Source of the DNA: an uncultured Gemmatimonadales bacterium
GTDB lineage: Bacteria > Gemmatimonadota > Gemmatimonadetes > Gemmatimonadales > GWC2-71-9
Length of the DNA: 64,000 nucleotides
Direction: 5' to 3'
Assembly (NCBI GenBank): GCA_963828735.1
Contig: CAWHFW010000002.1
Span: 256,001 to 320,000 of the forward strand
Position numbers and translations under genes: made by a program. Within the stretch, counting starts at the first letter, position 1; every line of letters begins with the position of its first letter. The notes below the pieces were generated by a model that ran no database searches, had not been told where the DNA came from, and worked only from the letters and a program-made list of their open reading frames with translations. Below, one piece after another: positions 30,753 to 42,137 of this stretch.

Positions 30753-31730
30753 TCAGCGCGCGCGTCGCGCGAAATGATCGTAGCCGGCAAGGGCGACGGG
30801 TTTGCCGGCCAGCTCGGCCTGCACTCCCCCGCCCGCGGTTACCCGGCCCACGCGCGTGAGCGGCACGCCGGCCACGCTCCGGAACGCGAGGACGTCGTCC
30901 TGTTCGAAGTGCTCCGGCAGCGCGACGAGCAGCTCGTATTCCTCTCCGCTCTCGGCGGCGAAGCGTTCGGCCGGAATCCCGAGCCGGTGGGCCGCATCGA
31001 CGGCGGGGCCAGCGACGGGCACCCGGTCGAGCTCGAGCGCCACGGCCACCCCCGACGCCGCGGCGAGGTGTCCCGCATCCGCGCCGAGTCCGTCGCTCAC
31101 GTCGATCATGGCCCGGGCGCCGTGCCGGGCGAGCCAGCGGCCCGCATGGAGGCGGGGCACCGGATGCGCGAACGCTCGGCGGGCCTCGGCATCGGGCGCG
31201 TCGCCGCGCCGCCAGGCTTCGAGCGCCGCACGAGGGCCGCCGAGCTCACCGGTGACCCAGATTCCGTCGCCGATGCGGGCGCCGGCGCGCGTCACCGGCG
31301 TCTCCGTCCATCCCAGAACCGTGACCGCGGCGCTCCAGACTGGTCCGGCCGACAGGTCGCCGCCCACGACCCGTGCGCCAACATCCGACGCAGCGGCGCC
31401 GGCGCCGGTCATGAGGGCGACAACGTCCGCGTCGCTCGCCTCCGCCGGAACGGTGAGCGCGACCAGAACGCCTCCCGCCTCCGCGCCGTCCGCCGCCAGA
31501 TCCGACAGCGCGGCCGCGACCACTCGCCAGCCGATTTCCTCGAACGACAGCCAATCGCGACGGAAGTGGACGCCCTCGACGCTGACGTCGGTGCTGGCCA
31601 CCAGCGCCGAGCCGGCCGCCGCGAGCACGGCACAGTCATCCCCGAGACCGGTCGCCCGGGGCCCGAGGGCGGCGGCGATCCGACGCACCCGATCAAACTC
31701 TGGACCCGGGCCGAGCCGGGGGGCGGTCAC
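30753..31730 (-). CDS. thiL: Thiamine-phosphate kinase
   Basis: GLGDDCA, STDVSVEGVHF, LSDLAA, VVGGD, MIDVSDGL, GEEYEL. Confidence 0.93.
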   Translation of the reverse strand: MTAPRLGPGPEFDRVRRIAAALGPRATGLGDDCAVLAAAGSALVASTDVSVEGVHFRRDWLSFEEIGWRVVAAALSDLAADGAEAGGVLVALTVPAEASDADVVALMTGAGAAASDVGARVVGGDLSAGPVWSAAVTVLGWTETPVTRAGARIGDGIWVTGELGGPRAALEAWRRGDAPDAEARRAFAHPVPRLHAGRWLARHGARAMIDVSDGLGADAGHLAAASGVAVALELDRVPVAGPAVDAAHRLGIPAERFAAESGEEYELLVALPEHFEQDDVLAFRSVAGVPLTRVGRVTAGGGVQAELAGKPVALAGYDHFARRAR

Positions 31731-33295
31731 GGCCGGACGGCGTCGAGCCGGAAGCGGACCAGTCCGGCGTTGGTGCCGACCCAGAGGTAGTCGGGGTCCA
31801 CGGCGACGTCGTTCGCGGCGCCGGGCAGGTCCCCGGCCCTGAGCGGATGCACCGGCGGCGTGTTCAGCCGCGCGAAGCCGACGCCCTGGTCGCCGGCAAC
31901 CCAGAAGCCCGGCCCATCCGCGACGAACGCCACGAGCCCGCCCAGCAGCCCGCTCAGGTTTGGGCCGAGCGTCCACGCCTCCGTGCGCGGGTCGCGCCAG
32001 AGCAGCTGGTCGCGGGTAAGCGCCACGATCGTGTCGGCCAGGGTGCCGAGTGCCACGACGGGCGCCTGTAGCGACGGCGAGGCGAGGGTCGAAGGGCGGA
32101 CGACGTCCTGTCCACCGGGGAGCGCGAGCAGCAGTCCGCGCTGGGTACCGAGCCACACCGTGTCGCCCACGGCAAAGACCGCCAGCACCGGATCGGTGAA
32201 TCTGGGCGCGAGCCGCTCCACGTGAAGCGAGTCGTCCACCCGCACGAGGCCTCGGCGCGTGCCCGCCGTGATGCGGCCCTGCCGGGCCATCACGGCGTAG
32301 ACCCGGCTGTCGGGCAGGCCGCGATTCTCGTCCAGCAGGTCCACACGCCCGTCCGCGGTCTCGACGCGGGCGAGGCCGCGGTCGGTCGCGGCCCAGAGCG
32401 CGGACCCCTGCTCCACCATCTTCCGCACCGCCGCGAACGGCAATCCGAACGCCGGCGGACCCTGGAGCGAGCGGAACTCCTTGAGCTGGGGATCGACGAA
32501 GTTGATCGCCGGCTGATCCTGCACCGTTCGGTTGGTGGCGGCCCACAGGCCGTCGGGCGCGTCGAAGAGTGCTCCTACCACCGGCGACGTCAACCCGAAC
32601 GACATTCGCTCGGGAAGCGCCGCACCGTCCGGCAGGAACAGCAGGCCCACGCCCGAGGTGCCGAGGTACCAGCCGAGGTTGTCGAACGACCGGGCCGCCG
32701 CCGTGAACCGCGCGACCCCTAGGCGCTGGTCCACCAGAATCTGCGATGCGTTCGCCTGCAGCGAGGGAACGCTCCGGAGCACATCGTCGACGCGCGCCGG
32801 CGCGACCGGACGGGCGGGTACGCGTCCCGGCGACGGAACCAGGCCGCCGCGCGGGAGAAGCTGCCACCCGACGCGGGTTCGAACGTACAGACCGGGCGTG
32901 GGATCGGTGGCGTCGAAGGCGATCGTCTGCACCCCATCGGGCACCTCGCCCTGATCCCAGAGCTGGAGCTCCGGCTGGAAGTGGATCCAGCCCTCGGGTC
33001 GCGCGAGCCAAAGGGAGTTGTCCAGAGGATCGACGAGTGCGCCGAAGACCCGAGCCATGAGCGTGGGGTCGGGTGGATCGTAGGGGCCCTGCCACTGGTG
33101 GAACTGGGGGTTCCAGATGAGCACCTGGCTCGTGGAAGTCGCGTAGACCCGGTCGATCGCGGCGGCGACGGAGGTGATCCGCTTGAACTCACCGATGACG
33201 GTGCGATCCTCGAGCCGCCAGTCGCGGCTGAGCGACTGCGCACGAACGGGAGCGGCCGAGGCGGCGAGGGCAACGACGAGCAGGATGGGACGCAC
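31727..33295 (-). CDS. Exported beta-propeller hypothetical protein
   Basis: Signal peptide; repeated LWAAT.RGL / VWLGTQRGL / LWVGTNAGL blades. Confidence 0.75.
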   Translation of the reverse strand: MRPILLVVALAASAAPVRAQSLSRDWRLEDRTVIGEFKRITSVAAAIDRVYATSTSQVLIWNPQFHQWQGPYDPPDPTLMARVFGALVDPLDNSLWLARPEGWIHFQPELQLWDQGEVPDGVQTIAFDATDPTPGLYVRTRVGWQLLPRGGLVPSPGRVPARPVAPARVDDVLRSVPSLQANASQILVDQRLGVARFTAAARSFDNLGWYLGTSGVGLLFLPDGAALPERMSFGLTSPVVGALFDAPDGLWAATNRTVQDQPAINFVDPQLKEFRSLQGPPAFGLPFAAVRKMVEQGSALWAATDRGLARVETADGRVDLLDENRGLPDSRVYAVMARQGRITAGTRRGLVRVDDSLHVERLAPRFTDPVLAVFAVGDTVWLGTQRGLLLALPGGQDVVRPSTLASPSLQAPVVALGTLADTIVALTRDQLLWRDPRTEAWTLGPNLSGLLGGLVAFVADGPGFWVAGDQGVGFARLNTPPVHPLRAGDLPGAANDVAVDPDYLWVGTNAGLVRFRLDAVRP

Positions 33296-33347
33296 CGGTC
33301 GAATCTACTCCTGCTGAGTGGGGTGGGAAACGACGCGTGAGGGACGA

Positions 33348-34901
33348 TCAGACCGTTTGCGGCCTGGCCAGCTCCAGCACGACCGGCGGCCGCGAGAGGG
33401 GCGGCGTCAGCCGTGACAGCTCCCACTCCCGCCAGAGATCGGCCAAAGCGGCGACGACGTCCATCGGACGGAGGGTTCGCGCGGCGGTGCGGCGCGCGGC
33501 CAGATCCGCGCCTCGGCCCAGGGTCTGTGCGCCGAGCGCTGCCGCGACCTCGGGGGCGAGCTTGTGCGCGAGACCGGTGCCGACCAGTCCGCTGAGCACG
33601 TCCCCGCTTCCACCCGTCGCGAGGCCGGGGTTGCCGGCGGCCACGGTGAGGGGTGCCCGGCCCTCGCGCGCGATGACTGTCGGGACGCCCTTGAGGAGCA
33701 CCGTCGTCCCCGACCGCTCGGCGGCCTGAACCGCGGCACTCCAGGGGTCGAGCTCTCGGAGCGGCGCCAGGTCTGGAAAGAGGGTTCGGAATTCCCCCGG
33801 GTGCGGCGTCAGGACGAGGGGCCGCTCCGCCGCCAGCGATCGAAGCTCGTCCGCGGCCCCTTGAAAGGCGACGAGAGCGTCTGCATCGAGGATCGCGGTG
33901 GGGGCCGCGCGCACCAGGGCAGCGACAAGGGCCCTGCGACCGGACTCGCGGCCGAGCCCGGGCCCGATCACCAGCGCGTCGGCGCGCCCGATGAGCTCGA
34001 GCAGCTCCGGTGTCGGAGGCTGGTCCAATGCGTGGGCGAAGGTCTGCACATCGGGCTCGGCCTGCATCAGCGCGGTCACCGTGTCCGGGGGCGCGACGAC
34101 GTGAACCAGACCCGCCCCTGCCGCGAACGCGGCGCGCCCGGCCATGCGTGCTGCACCCGCCATGCCGGCATGCCCGCCGACGATGACGACGCGTCCCCGG
34201 TCACCCTTGTGATCCCGACTCCGAAGGCGGGGCAGCCAGTCCGCGGCGTGCAAGTCGGTGACGAGCGACGGACAGTCGGGATCGGCTGCGGGGTGCCCGA
34301 TGTCGACCACGACGAGCTCGCCCACCTCGTCGCGCGCGAGCAGGTGGCCACGGCGGAGGCCCCCGAACGTGATGGTGAGGTCGGCCCTCGGCGCCCCGTG
34401 GACGACCCCCGACTGGAGATCCACGCCGGTCGGGCCGTCGATCGCCACGATCGGAACGTCGAGGTCGAGGATCCGGTCGAGGAGGGCGGCCATCGGCGGC
34501 CGGGGTGCGCCGCGCGCCCCGGTTCCGAGGAGCGCGTCCACCGCGACGCCGGCGCCCGGCCAAGGGCCGTCGGGCGCCACCTCCCGCACTCCTTCTCGTC
34601 GCGCCTGCGCGGCCATCGCTTCCCGAAGCTCGGCCCCTTGGCCCGGCAGCCCCGTGACCCACACCGGAACCTCGAGCCGGTGCAAGGCCCGCGCGAGCAC
34701 CCAGCCATCGCCCCCGTTATGTCCGGGCCCCGCGGCGATCAGAACGCCGTCGCGAAGCCGGTGCGCGTGGCGCTCCGCGAGCACGGCGCCGGCGGCGCGG
34801 CCGGCGGTTTCCATGAGGGTTGCGAGCGCGATGCCACCCGCAACGGCACGCGCGTCCCACGCAGCGGATTGGTCCGGGGAAAGAACGGGGATGAACCGCA
34901 T
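33348..34901 (-). CDS. nnr: Bifunctional NAD(P)H-hydrate epimerase/dehydratase
   Basis: GPGHNGGDG, DALLGTG, HKGDRG, GPGLG, LTPHPGEF, GGSGDVL. Confidence 0.95.
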   Translation of the reverse strand: MRFIPVLSPDQSAAWDARAVAGGIALATLMETAGRAAGAVLAERHAHRLRDGVLIAAGPGHNGGDGWVLARALHRLEVPVWVTGLPGQGAELREAMAAQARREGVREVAPDGPWPGAGVAVDALLGTGARGAPRPPMAALLDRILDLDVPIVAIDGPTGVDLQSGVVHGAPRADLTITFGGLRRGHLLARDEVGELVVVDIGHPAADPDCPSLVTDLHAADWLPRLRSRDHKGDRGRVVIVGGHAGMAGAARMAGRAAFAAGAGLVHVVAPPDTVTALMQAEPDVQTFAHALDQPPTPELLELIGRADALVIGPGLGRESGRRALVAALVRAAPTAILDADALVAFQGAADELRSLAAERPLVLTPHPGEFRTLFPDLAPLRELDPWSAAVQAAERSGTTVLLKGVPTVIAREGRAPLTVAAGNPGLATGGSGDVLSGLVGTGLAHKLAPEVAAALGAQTLGRGADLAARRTAARTLRPMDVVAALADLWREWELSRLTPPLSRPPVVLELARPQTV

Positions 34902-34927
34902 AGCGGAGCGGCCTCCGGGGCCGCGTC

Positions 34928-35122
34928 CTACTTGTAGCTTTGTCCGATCGCTCGGCCGAACGAGATCTCCCCGTTATCGATGCGGAGGTTGAAGCCGCAG
35001 TCGGGGTTGGTGCAGACCCAGGCCTTGTAGGTGATCGGCGCGCCTTCGCGGCCGTAGTCGGAGAGAGGAATCAGCGTGCCTTGCGAGCACTTCTGGCACG
35101 CCGGCCATTCGGTCTTCTCCAT
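34928..35122 (-). CDS. Small Cys-rich (zinc-ribbon-like) protein
   Basis: MEKTEWPACQKC...WVCTNPDCGFNLRIDNGE; GGGGGG RBS. Confidence 0.75.
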   Translation of the reverse strand: MEKTEWPACQKCSQGTLIPLSDYGREGAPITYKAWVCTNPDCGFNLRIDNGEISFGRAIGQSYK

Positions 35123-35153
35123 GTGCCCCCCCGTTGTCGAGCCCTGTCCCAGG

Positions 35154-35540
35154 TCAGGCGCCTCGCACGCCGGACCACCGGTACACGTCGCCGAAGGCCT
35201 CGGCGAAGGCGTACACGCCCTCGAAGTCCCCCTCCTGATCACCGGGCTGGGTGACCAGCAGGCCGATCTCGACCAGCGTGAAGACGATGCGGCCGAAGTC
35301 CTCGGTCCGGGTAATGCCCCAGTGGGCGAGCACGTGCTCGGCGAGCAGCCCGAACTGGTCGCGGGCGAAGTCGCGGCAGGCCCAGGCCAGCTCGGCGCCG
35401 CTCACGTGACGTCGGACCTCGAGTCGGGATTGCAGGTACTCGATGGTGGCGAGGACGAAGAGGAACGCGCGCTCGTTGTAGGGAGCGCCTCGCGCGCGGA
35501 TCCGCGCCAGGACATCGTCGGCGAACTGCAGCTCGTTCAC
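35154..35540 (-). CDS. Minf_1886-family protein
   Basis: RHVSGAEL, FGLLA..VL..WGI..TEDFGRIVF.LVE.GLL signature. Confidence 0.8.
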   Translation of the reverse strand: MNELQFADDVLARIRARGAPYNERAFLFVLATIEYLQSRLEVRRHVSGAELAWACRDFARDQFGLLAEHVLAHWGITRTEDFGRIVFTLVEIGLLVTQPGDQEGDFEGVYAFAEAFGDVYRWSGVRGA

Positions 35541-35560
35541 GCGGTCGGCGGCTCCGGAGC

Positions 35561-36844
35561 TCAGGCGGTGCGCCGCACGCGGCCGGCCGGCTTGGCGGAC
35601 GCGTACAGCGGGAAGGCGGAGGTCAGCTCCTCGACCTCCGCCTTGACCCGGGCGAGCGTCGCCTCGTCCGGGTGGGTGAGCGCGCGATCGATCAGCTCGG
35701 CGACGCGTACCATCTCGGCGGTTCCCATGCCGCGGGTGGTGAGCGCGGGCGTGCCGAGACGAATGCCGCTGGTGACGAACGGCGACTGCGGGTCGTCGGG
35801 AATCGTGTTCTTGTTCACCGTGATGCCGGCCTGGTCCAGCGTCTTCTCGGCGGCCTTCCCGGTGAGGTTCTTGGGACGCAGATCCACCAGCATGAGGTGC
35901 GTGTCGGTGCCGCCCGACACGATGGCGAAGCCGCGCTCGACCAGCGCTGAGGCCAGGGTCTTGGCGTTGTCCACCACTTCCCGTGCGTAGGCGCGGAAGT
36001 CCGCCGTCAGCGCTTCGCCGAACGCCACGGCCTTGGCGGCGATCACGTGCTCCAGCGGTCCCCCCTGCGTGCCGGGGAACACGGACTTGTCGATCGCCTT
36101 CGCGTGCTCGGCGTTCGACAGGATGAGGCCGGCCCGCGGACCGCGCAGCGTCTTGTGCGTCGTGCTGGTGACGACCTGCGCGTGCGGCACGGGCGACGGA
36201 TGGACGCCCCCAGCCACCAGCCCGGCGAAATGCGCCATATCCACGAGGAAGAAGGCGCCGACCTCGTCCGCGATCGAGCGGAACGCGGCGAAGTCGATGA
36301 TGCGCGCGTACGCGCTGCCGCCGGCGATGATGAGCCGGGGCCGCTCCCGGCGAGCCTGCTCCCGGACGACGTCGTGGTCGATCCGCCCGGTGGCGGGATC
36401 CACCCCGTAGTGGACCGCGCGCCAGACCACGCCGCTGTGATTCACCGCCGCGCCGTGGGACAGATGCCCGCCGTGCGGCAGCGACATCCCCATGATCGTC
36501 TCGCCCGGCTTGATGAGCGCCATGAACGCCGCGAAGTTCGCCTGCGCGCCGGAATGTGGCTGGACGTTGGCGTGGTCCGAGCCGAACAGCTCCTTCAGCC
36601 GATCGATGGCCAGCTGCTCGATCTGGTCCACGACCTCGCACCCGCCGTAGTAGCGCCGGCCCGGATAGCCCTCCGCGTACTTGTTCGTGAGCGGCGTGCC
36701 CATCGCATCGATGACGGCGCGGCTGGCGAAGTTCTCGCTCGCGATCAGCTCCAGACCGTGCTGCTGGCGGCGCAGCTCCTGGTCGATGAGCCGCGCGACC
36801 GCCGGATCGGCGGCGCGAAGCGAGGCGTTGTGGTCGAGACTCAT
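35561..36844 (-). CDS. glyA: Serine hydroxymethyltransferase
   Basis: [32 protein letters not shown]. Confidence 0.98.
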   Translation of the reverse strand: MSLDHNASLRAADPAVARLIDQELRRQQHGLELIASENFASRAVIDAMGTPLTNKYAEGYPGRRYYGGCEVVDQIEQLAIDRLKELFGSDHANVQPHSGAQANFAAFMALIKPGETIMGMSLPHGGHLSHGAAVNHSGVVWRAVHYGVDPATGRIDHDVVREQARRERPRLIIAGGSAYARIIDFAAFRSIADEVGAFFLVDMAHFAGLVAGGVHPSPVPHAQVVTSTTHKTLRGPRAGLILSNAEHAKAIDKSVFPGTQGGPLEHVIAAKAVAFGEALTADFRAYAREVVDNAKTLASALVERGFAIVSGGTDTHLMLVDLRPKNLTGKAAEKTLDQAGITVNKNTIPDDPQSPFVTSGIRLGTPALTTRGMGTAEMVRVAELIDRALTHPDEATLARVKAEVEELTSAFPLYASAKPAGRVRRTA

Positions 36845-37284
36845 CCGTGCTCCTCGTCGATTTTGGCCACTCGGCGGCTGTGCCGCCCACCGGCGAACGC
36901 CGTCTCCAGCCACGTCCTCAGAATCTGCACGCCCTCCTCCTCGCTAACGAAGCGCGCCGGAAGGACCAGGACGTTGGCGTCGTTGTGCTCGCGCGCCAGC
37001 CGGGCGATCTCGGGCGTCCAGGCCACGGCGGCGCGCACCCCCGCGTGGCGGTTGGCCGCGTACGCCATGCCGAGTCCCGTGCCGCAGAGCAGCACTCCCC
37101 GTCGCGCATCCCGTCGTTCGACGCGGCCCGCCACCGCGTGCGCGAAATCGGGATAGTCGACCGACTCGGTGCCGGTCGTGCCCAGGTCCAGTGGCTCATA
37201 GCCCAAGGCCCTGAGCTCCTCGACGAGCCGGGACTTCAGTTCCACGCCCGCGTGGTCGGCGCCGATGGGAATGACTTCAGGCAT
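36841..37284 (-). CDS. rpiB: Ribose-5-phosphate isomerase B
   Basis: [30 protein letters not shown]. Confidence 0.96.
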   Translation of the reverse strand: MPEVIPIGADHAGVELKSRLVEELRALGYEPLDLGTTGTESVDYPDFAHAVAGRVERRDARRGVLLCGTGLGMAYAANRHAGVRAAVAWTPEIARLAREHNDANVLVLPARFVSEEEGVQILRTWLETAFAGGRHSRRVAKIDEEHG

Positions 37285-37406
37285 CCGGTACCTAATGTAT
37301 AAGAATCCAAGCGTTGGGAAGAGGGCGACGTGGGCGGAACGGATCGGGCGGCCGGCGAGATGTCAAGGGCGGGAGGAGCGACGCGATGGGCTCGGTCACT
37401 CGCCCG

Positions 37407-38477
37407 TCACCTCTCCCGCTCCCCCATCCACATCCGGTCGAGGCTGCCGACGGCCGCGATCCGCTCCTCGGCCAGGCGGTCCGCAGCTCGATACGTGGGA
37501 ATCCGCTCGCGCTTGGCGATCTCGAAGATCCGGAGCAGCGTCTCGTAGATCTCGCCCGCCTTCTTGCGCGACCGCTCGTGCGGCCAGCGGTGGAGCTCGC
37601 CGTACACGTTGATCACGCCGCCGCCGTTGATCACGTAGTCCGGGGCGTAGTGCAGGCCGCGCTGCTGCAGCAGGTCCCCGTGGCGGTCCTCGGCCAGCTG
37701 GTTGTTCGCCCCGCCGGCGATGATCTCGACCTTGAGGCGCGCGAGCGTGTCGTCGTTGATCGTGGCGCCGAGCGCGCACGGGGCGTACACATCGGCCGCG
37801 ACGTCGTAGATGGCCTCGGGCGCCACCGCCTCGGCGCCCGTCTCGCTCACCACCCGCTTCACTTTCGCCGGGTCGATGTCCGTGACCACCAGCCGCACGC
37901 CCTCCTCGTGGAGGTACCGGCAGAGATGCGTGGCCACGTTCCCGCAGCCCTGGACCGCCACCCGCTTCCCCTTGAGGCTGTCGCTGCCCCACCGGTCCTT
38001 GGCCGATGCCTTCATGCCCACGTACACGCCGTAGGCCGTGACCGGCGAGGGATCGCCGCTCAGGCCGAGGAGGCCGGCTACATGATCGGTCTCCAGCTTG
38101 ATGTACTCCATGTCGGACGGGCTGGTTCCGATGTCCTCTGCCGTGATGTACCGCCCGCCCAGCGTCCCGACGAAGCGGCCGTGCGCCCGGAACAGCGCCT
38201 CCCGGTCCTGCCGCTTGTTGTCGCCCACGATCACCGACTTGCCGCCGCCGAGGTTGATGCCGGCGACGGCCGACTTGTAGGTCATGCCGCGGGCCAGGCG
38301 CAACGCATCCGTGATCGCCTCGTCGGTGGAGGCATACTGCCAGAAGCGGGTGCCGCCCAGCGCCGGGCCGAGCGTGGTGTCGTGAATGGCGATGATGCCG
38401 AAGTAGCCGCAGCTGGGATCGTGCGACAGCAGCACCTGCTCGTGACCAAGCGCATGCATCGAGGCGAGGATGTCCAT
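37407..38477 (-). CDS. Leu/Phe/Val dehydrogenase
   Basis: [34 protein letters not shown]. Confidence 0.93.
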   Translation of the reverse strand: MDILASMHALGHEQVLLSHDPSCGYFGIIAIHDTTLGPALGGTRFWQYASTDEAITDALRLARGMTYKSAVAGINLGGGKSVIVGDNKRQDREALFRAHGRFVGTLGGRYITAEDIGTSPSDMEYIKLETDHVAGLLGLSGDPSPVTAYGVYVGMKASAKDRWGSDSLKGKRVAVQGCGNVATHLCRYLHEEGVRLVVTDIDPAKVKRVVSETGAEAVAPEAIYDVAADVYAPCALGATINDDTLARLKVEIIAGGANNQLAEDRHGDLLQQRGLHYAPDYVINGGGVINVYGELHRWPHERSRKKAGEIYETLLRIFEIAKRERIPTYRAADRLAEERIAAVGSLDRMWMGERER

Positions 38478-38510
38478 CAGGTCTCCGTTGGAGGTCGTGA
38501 GTCGCGCGAC

Positions 38511-39355
<845 letters not shown>

Positions 39356-39359
<4 letters not shown>

Positions 39360-40240
39360 GTGGGCTCCTTTCCGTTCCATCGCGCCACCAGCACCGCGGC
39401 AGCCGCGAGGACGCCGGTGGCGAGGAGGCCGCCTTCGGGCCCGAACGCGCCTCCCGTGAGCCAGGCCGGGCCACCCATGTGGTAGTCGATGTAGGGGATG
39501 TCGAAAGGCAGTCCGCTCACCGGCGCCGCGAGGGTGGCCAGGGTCGCGTTCCAGCCGAGATGGGCGCCGAACGCGGTCCAGATGCCGCCCGCGCTGAAGA
39601 AGCCGAGGGAAAGGAAGATCCCGGCCAGGACGATGTTGAAGATCGCGGCCGAGGTGACGTTGGGGTTCGTGACGTGGGCCATCGCGAAGAGAACCGACAG
39701 GAGAACGATCGCGCGCCCCCGTCCGAGTACCCGCGCGGCGACGACCATCGGAAGCCCCCGAAACATGATTTCCTCAGCCAGGGCCGCCGGCGCAAGGATC
39801 AGCACTGTCTTCCACGCCTGCGAGACCCAGCCGGCGAGCGAGCCCCCGTCGTGGGTCCACCCGGCGCCGGCGGCGAAGACGCCCATGGTCATGGCGACCG
39901 CCGCCGGCAGGATGCCGAGGGCGACCCCGATGCCGAAGCCCCGGAGCCGTGGGAGCCGGGTGCTCCACCGGAGTGCCGCCGCGTCGAGGCCCAGCGCCCG
40001 CACGCCGACGATCCACGTGGCCGCACCGAACGTGAAGAGCAGGATTACGCCCTGACCCAGCGCGAACAGAGGTGTGGGATGGGCCGCGAGCTGGGCCGAA
40101 GTGGCGCCACGCGTGAGAAGGGGCGCGAGCGGCCACACAAGGAGCAAGCTGAGGAGAAAGCCGATGGCGTAGAAGAGAACAATGGCGCCGAGTGCCCGGA
40201 TAACGGGCCGCGAGCGCTTGGCAGGCGTCGGGTCGGTCAA
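39356..40240 (-). CDS. CPBP/Abi-family intramembrane protease
   Basis: EEIMFRG, FAMAH, HLGWN; TTG start overlapping bioY stop. Confidence 0.85.
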
Positions 40241-40812
40241 TGGACCCGGCGAGCCGTCGACCGAAGACCCAGGATCAGGGCGGCGGCGAGGCCTACCTTG
40301 AGCAGATCGCCCGTGAAGAACGGCACGAACCCGACGCGGAACGCGGTGGCCGGATCGCCGCCCAGGAGCGCCAGCTGCGCGACGCCACCCGCGTGGATGA
40401 CCACCATGCCGAGCGCGCAGGCGCCGAGCACCCGGAGGACCCCGGTCCCTCTGGCCACGAGCGCGCCGGTCAGAGCGGCGGCGACCGGGAACGCCAGGAG
40501 ATAGCCGCCGGTCGGTCCGAGCAGGTGCACCACGCCGGAGGAGCCGCCGGCGAACACCGGGAAGCCGAGCGCCCCGAGCGCGAGGTACGTCGCAAGCGCC
40601 GCCGCGCCCCCGACTCCGCCGAGCAGTCCGCCGACCGCGAGGACAGCGAGCGGCTGCAGCGTCATGGGGACCGGACTGAACGGCACCGGCACGGCGATCT
40701 GGGCCGCGAGCGCTACGACCGCGGCGCCGATGGCGATGCCCACGAGCCGCCGGCCGAGCCGTGCGCGCGGTTCGGCCGTGGCGATTCCGGTGACTTCTGG
40801 CGCGGCGCCCAT
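40237..40812 (-). CDS. bioY: Biotin transporter BioY
   Basis: [26 protein letters not shown]. Confidence 0.92.
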   Translation of the reverse strand: MGAAPEVTGIATAEPRARLGRRLVGIAIGAAVVALAAQIAVPVPFSPVPMTLQPLAVLAVGGLLGGVGGAAALATYLALGALGFPVFAGGSSGVVHLLGPTGGYLLAFPVAAALTGALVARGTGVLRVLGACALGMVVIHAGGVAQLALLGGDPATAFRVGFVPFFTGDLLKVGLAAALILGLRSTARRVH

Positions 40813-42002
40813 CAGAGCACCTCCACGCTGAGCGCCACGGCATTGCCGCCGCCGAGGCACAGGGTGGCCAGGCCCATCGAGCCCCCGCGATCCCGGAGGG
40901 CGTACAGCAGCGTGGTGAGCACGCGCGCACCACTCGCGCCGATCGGATGTCCGAGCGCCACAGCGCCTCCATTCACGTTGACGCGGTCCCAGTCCCATCG
41001 GAGCTCGCGGCCATCGGCCAGCGCCTGCACCGCGAAGGCCTCGTTGGCCTCGATGAGGTCGTAGCTCTCGATGCTGGTCCCGGTCTTTTCCATCAGGTTT
41101 CGGACCGCGAGCACCGGCGCGAAGAAGATCTCGCGCGGCTCGCCGCCGCCGGTCGCATAGCCGGTGACCTTCGCCATCGGCTTGAGCCCGTGCGCCTTGG
41201 CGTATGCCAGGGAGGCGACTACAAGCGCGCTCGAGCCGTCGTTGAGCCCCGGAGCGTTGCCCGCGGTGACGGTGCCCCCGTCCTTGCGGAAGACGGGCTT
41301 CAGCTTCGCTAGCGTCTGCGGGCTGGTGTCCTTCCGGGGCGACTCATCCGCTGAGATCGACGTGGGTCCGCCCTTCCCCGTCACCTGCACCGGCAGGATC
41401 TCGGCCTTGAACTTCCCCGCCTCCGTTGCGGCGACCGCCTTCCGGTGGCTGTCGTACGCGAACGCGTCCTGATCCTCGCGGCTCACGCCCGCCTTCTCGG
41501 CGGTGTACTCCGCGTACTCGCCCATATGGCAGCAGCCGAAGGAGTCCCAGAGTCCATCGTGAATCATGCCGTCGACCATCGTCTGGTTGCCGGCCTTGAT
41601 GCCGTTCCGCATGCCGTACACGTAGTGCGGCGCGCTCGACATCGCTTCCTGGCCGCCCGCGACGATGACGTCGGCGTCGCCTGCCTTGATCGCCTGCGAG
41701 GCCAGCATCACGGCCTTGAGCCCGGAGCCGCAGACCTTGTTGATCGTAAGCGCGGCGATGGAGGGAGACAGGCCGGCGTGGATCAGGGCCTGACGAGCCG
41801 GCGCCTGTCCGGAGCCACCCTGCACCACCTGCCCCATGATGACCTCGTCGATCACGCCGGCGTCGACCCCGGACCGCGCGACCGCCTCGCGGATGACCAT
41901 CGCGCCGAGCTGCGGCGCGGAAAAGCCGGACAAGCCGCCCAGATAGCGCCCGATGGGCGTACGGACGGCGGACAGGATGACGGGTGTGGTGCTGTCGCTC
42001 AC
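40812..42002 (-). CDS. atoB: Acetyl-CoA C-acetyltransferase (thiolase)
   Basis: [26 protein letters not shown]. Confidence 0.94.
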   Translation of the reverse strand: MSDSTTPVILSAVRTPIGRYLGGLSGFSAPQLGAMVIREAVARSGVDAGVIDEVIMGQVVQGGSGQAPARQALIHAGLSPSIAALTINKVCGSGLKAVMLASQAIKAGDADVIVAGGQEAMSSAPHYVYGMRNGIKAGNQTMVDGMIHDGLWDSFGCCHMGEYAEYTAEKAGVSREDQDAFAYDSHRKAVAATEAGKFKAEILPVQVTGKGGPTSISADESPRKDTSPQTLAKLKPVFRKDGGTVTAGNAPGLNDGSSALVVASLAYAKAHGLKPMAKVTGYATGGGEPREIFFAPVLAVRNLMEKTGTSIESYDLIEANEAFAVQALADGRELRWDWDRVNVNGGAVALGHPIGASGARVLTTLLYALRDRGGSMGLATLCLGGGNAVALSVEVL

Positions 42003-42137
42003 GGGGTACCGCTCCGGTTAGGGGTCGCCTTCGAGGGGCAAGATAATCCGCCCTCGAACCGGCTCCAGTCGCGGGAGAGGCCCACCGGTCGGTCGGGGGC
42101 GACGCCGGTCGCTCCGATCGAGGGGCTTGGGTCTCCG

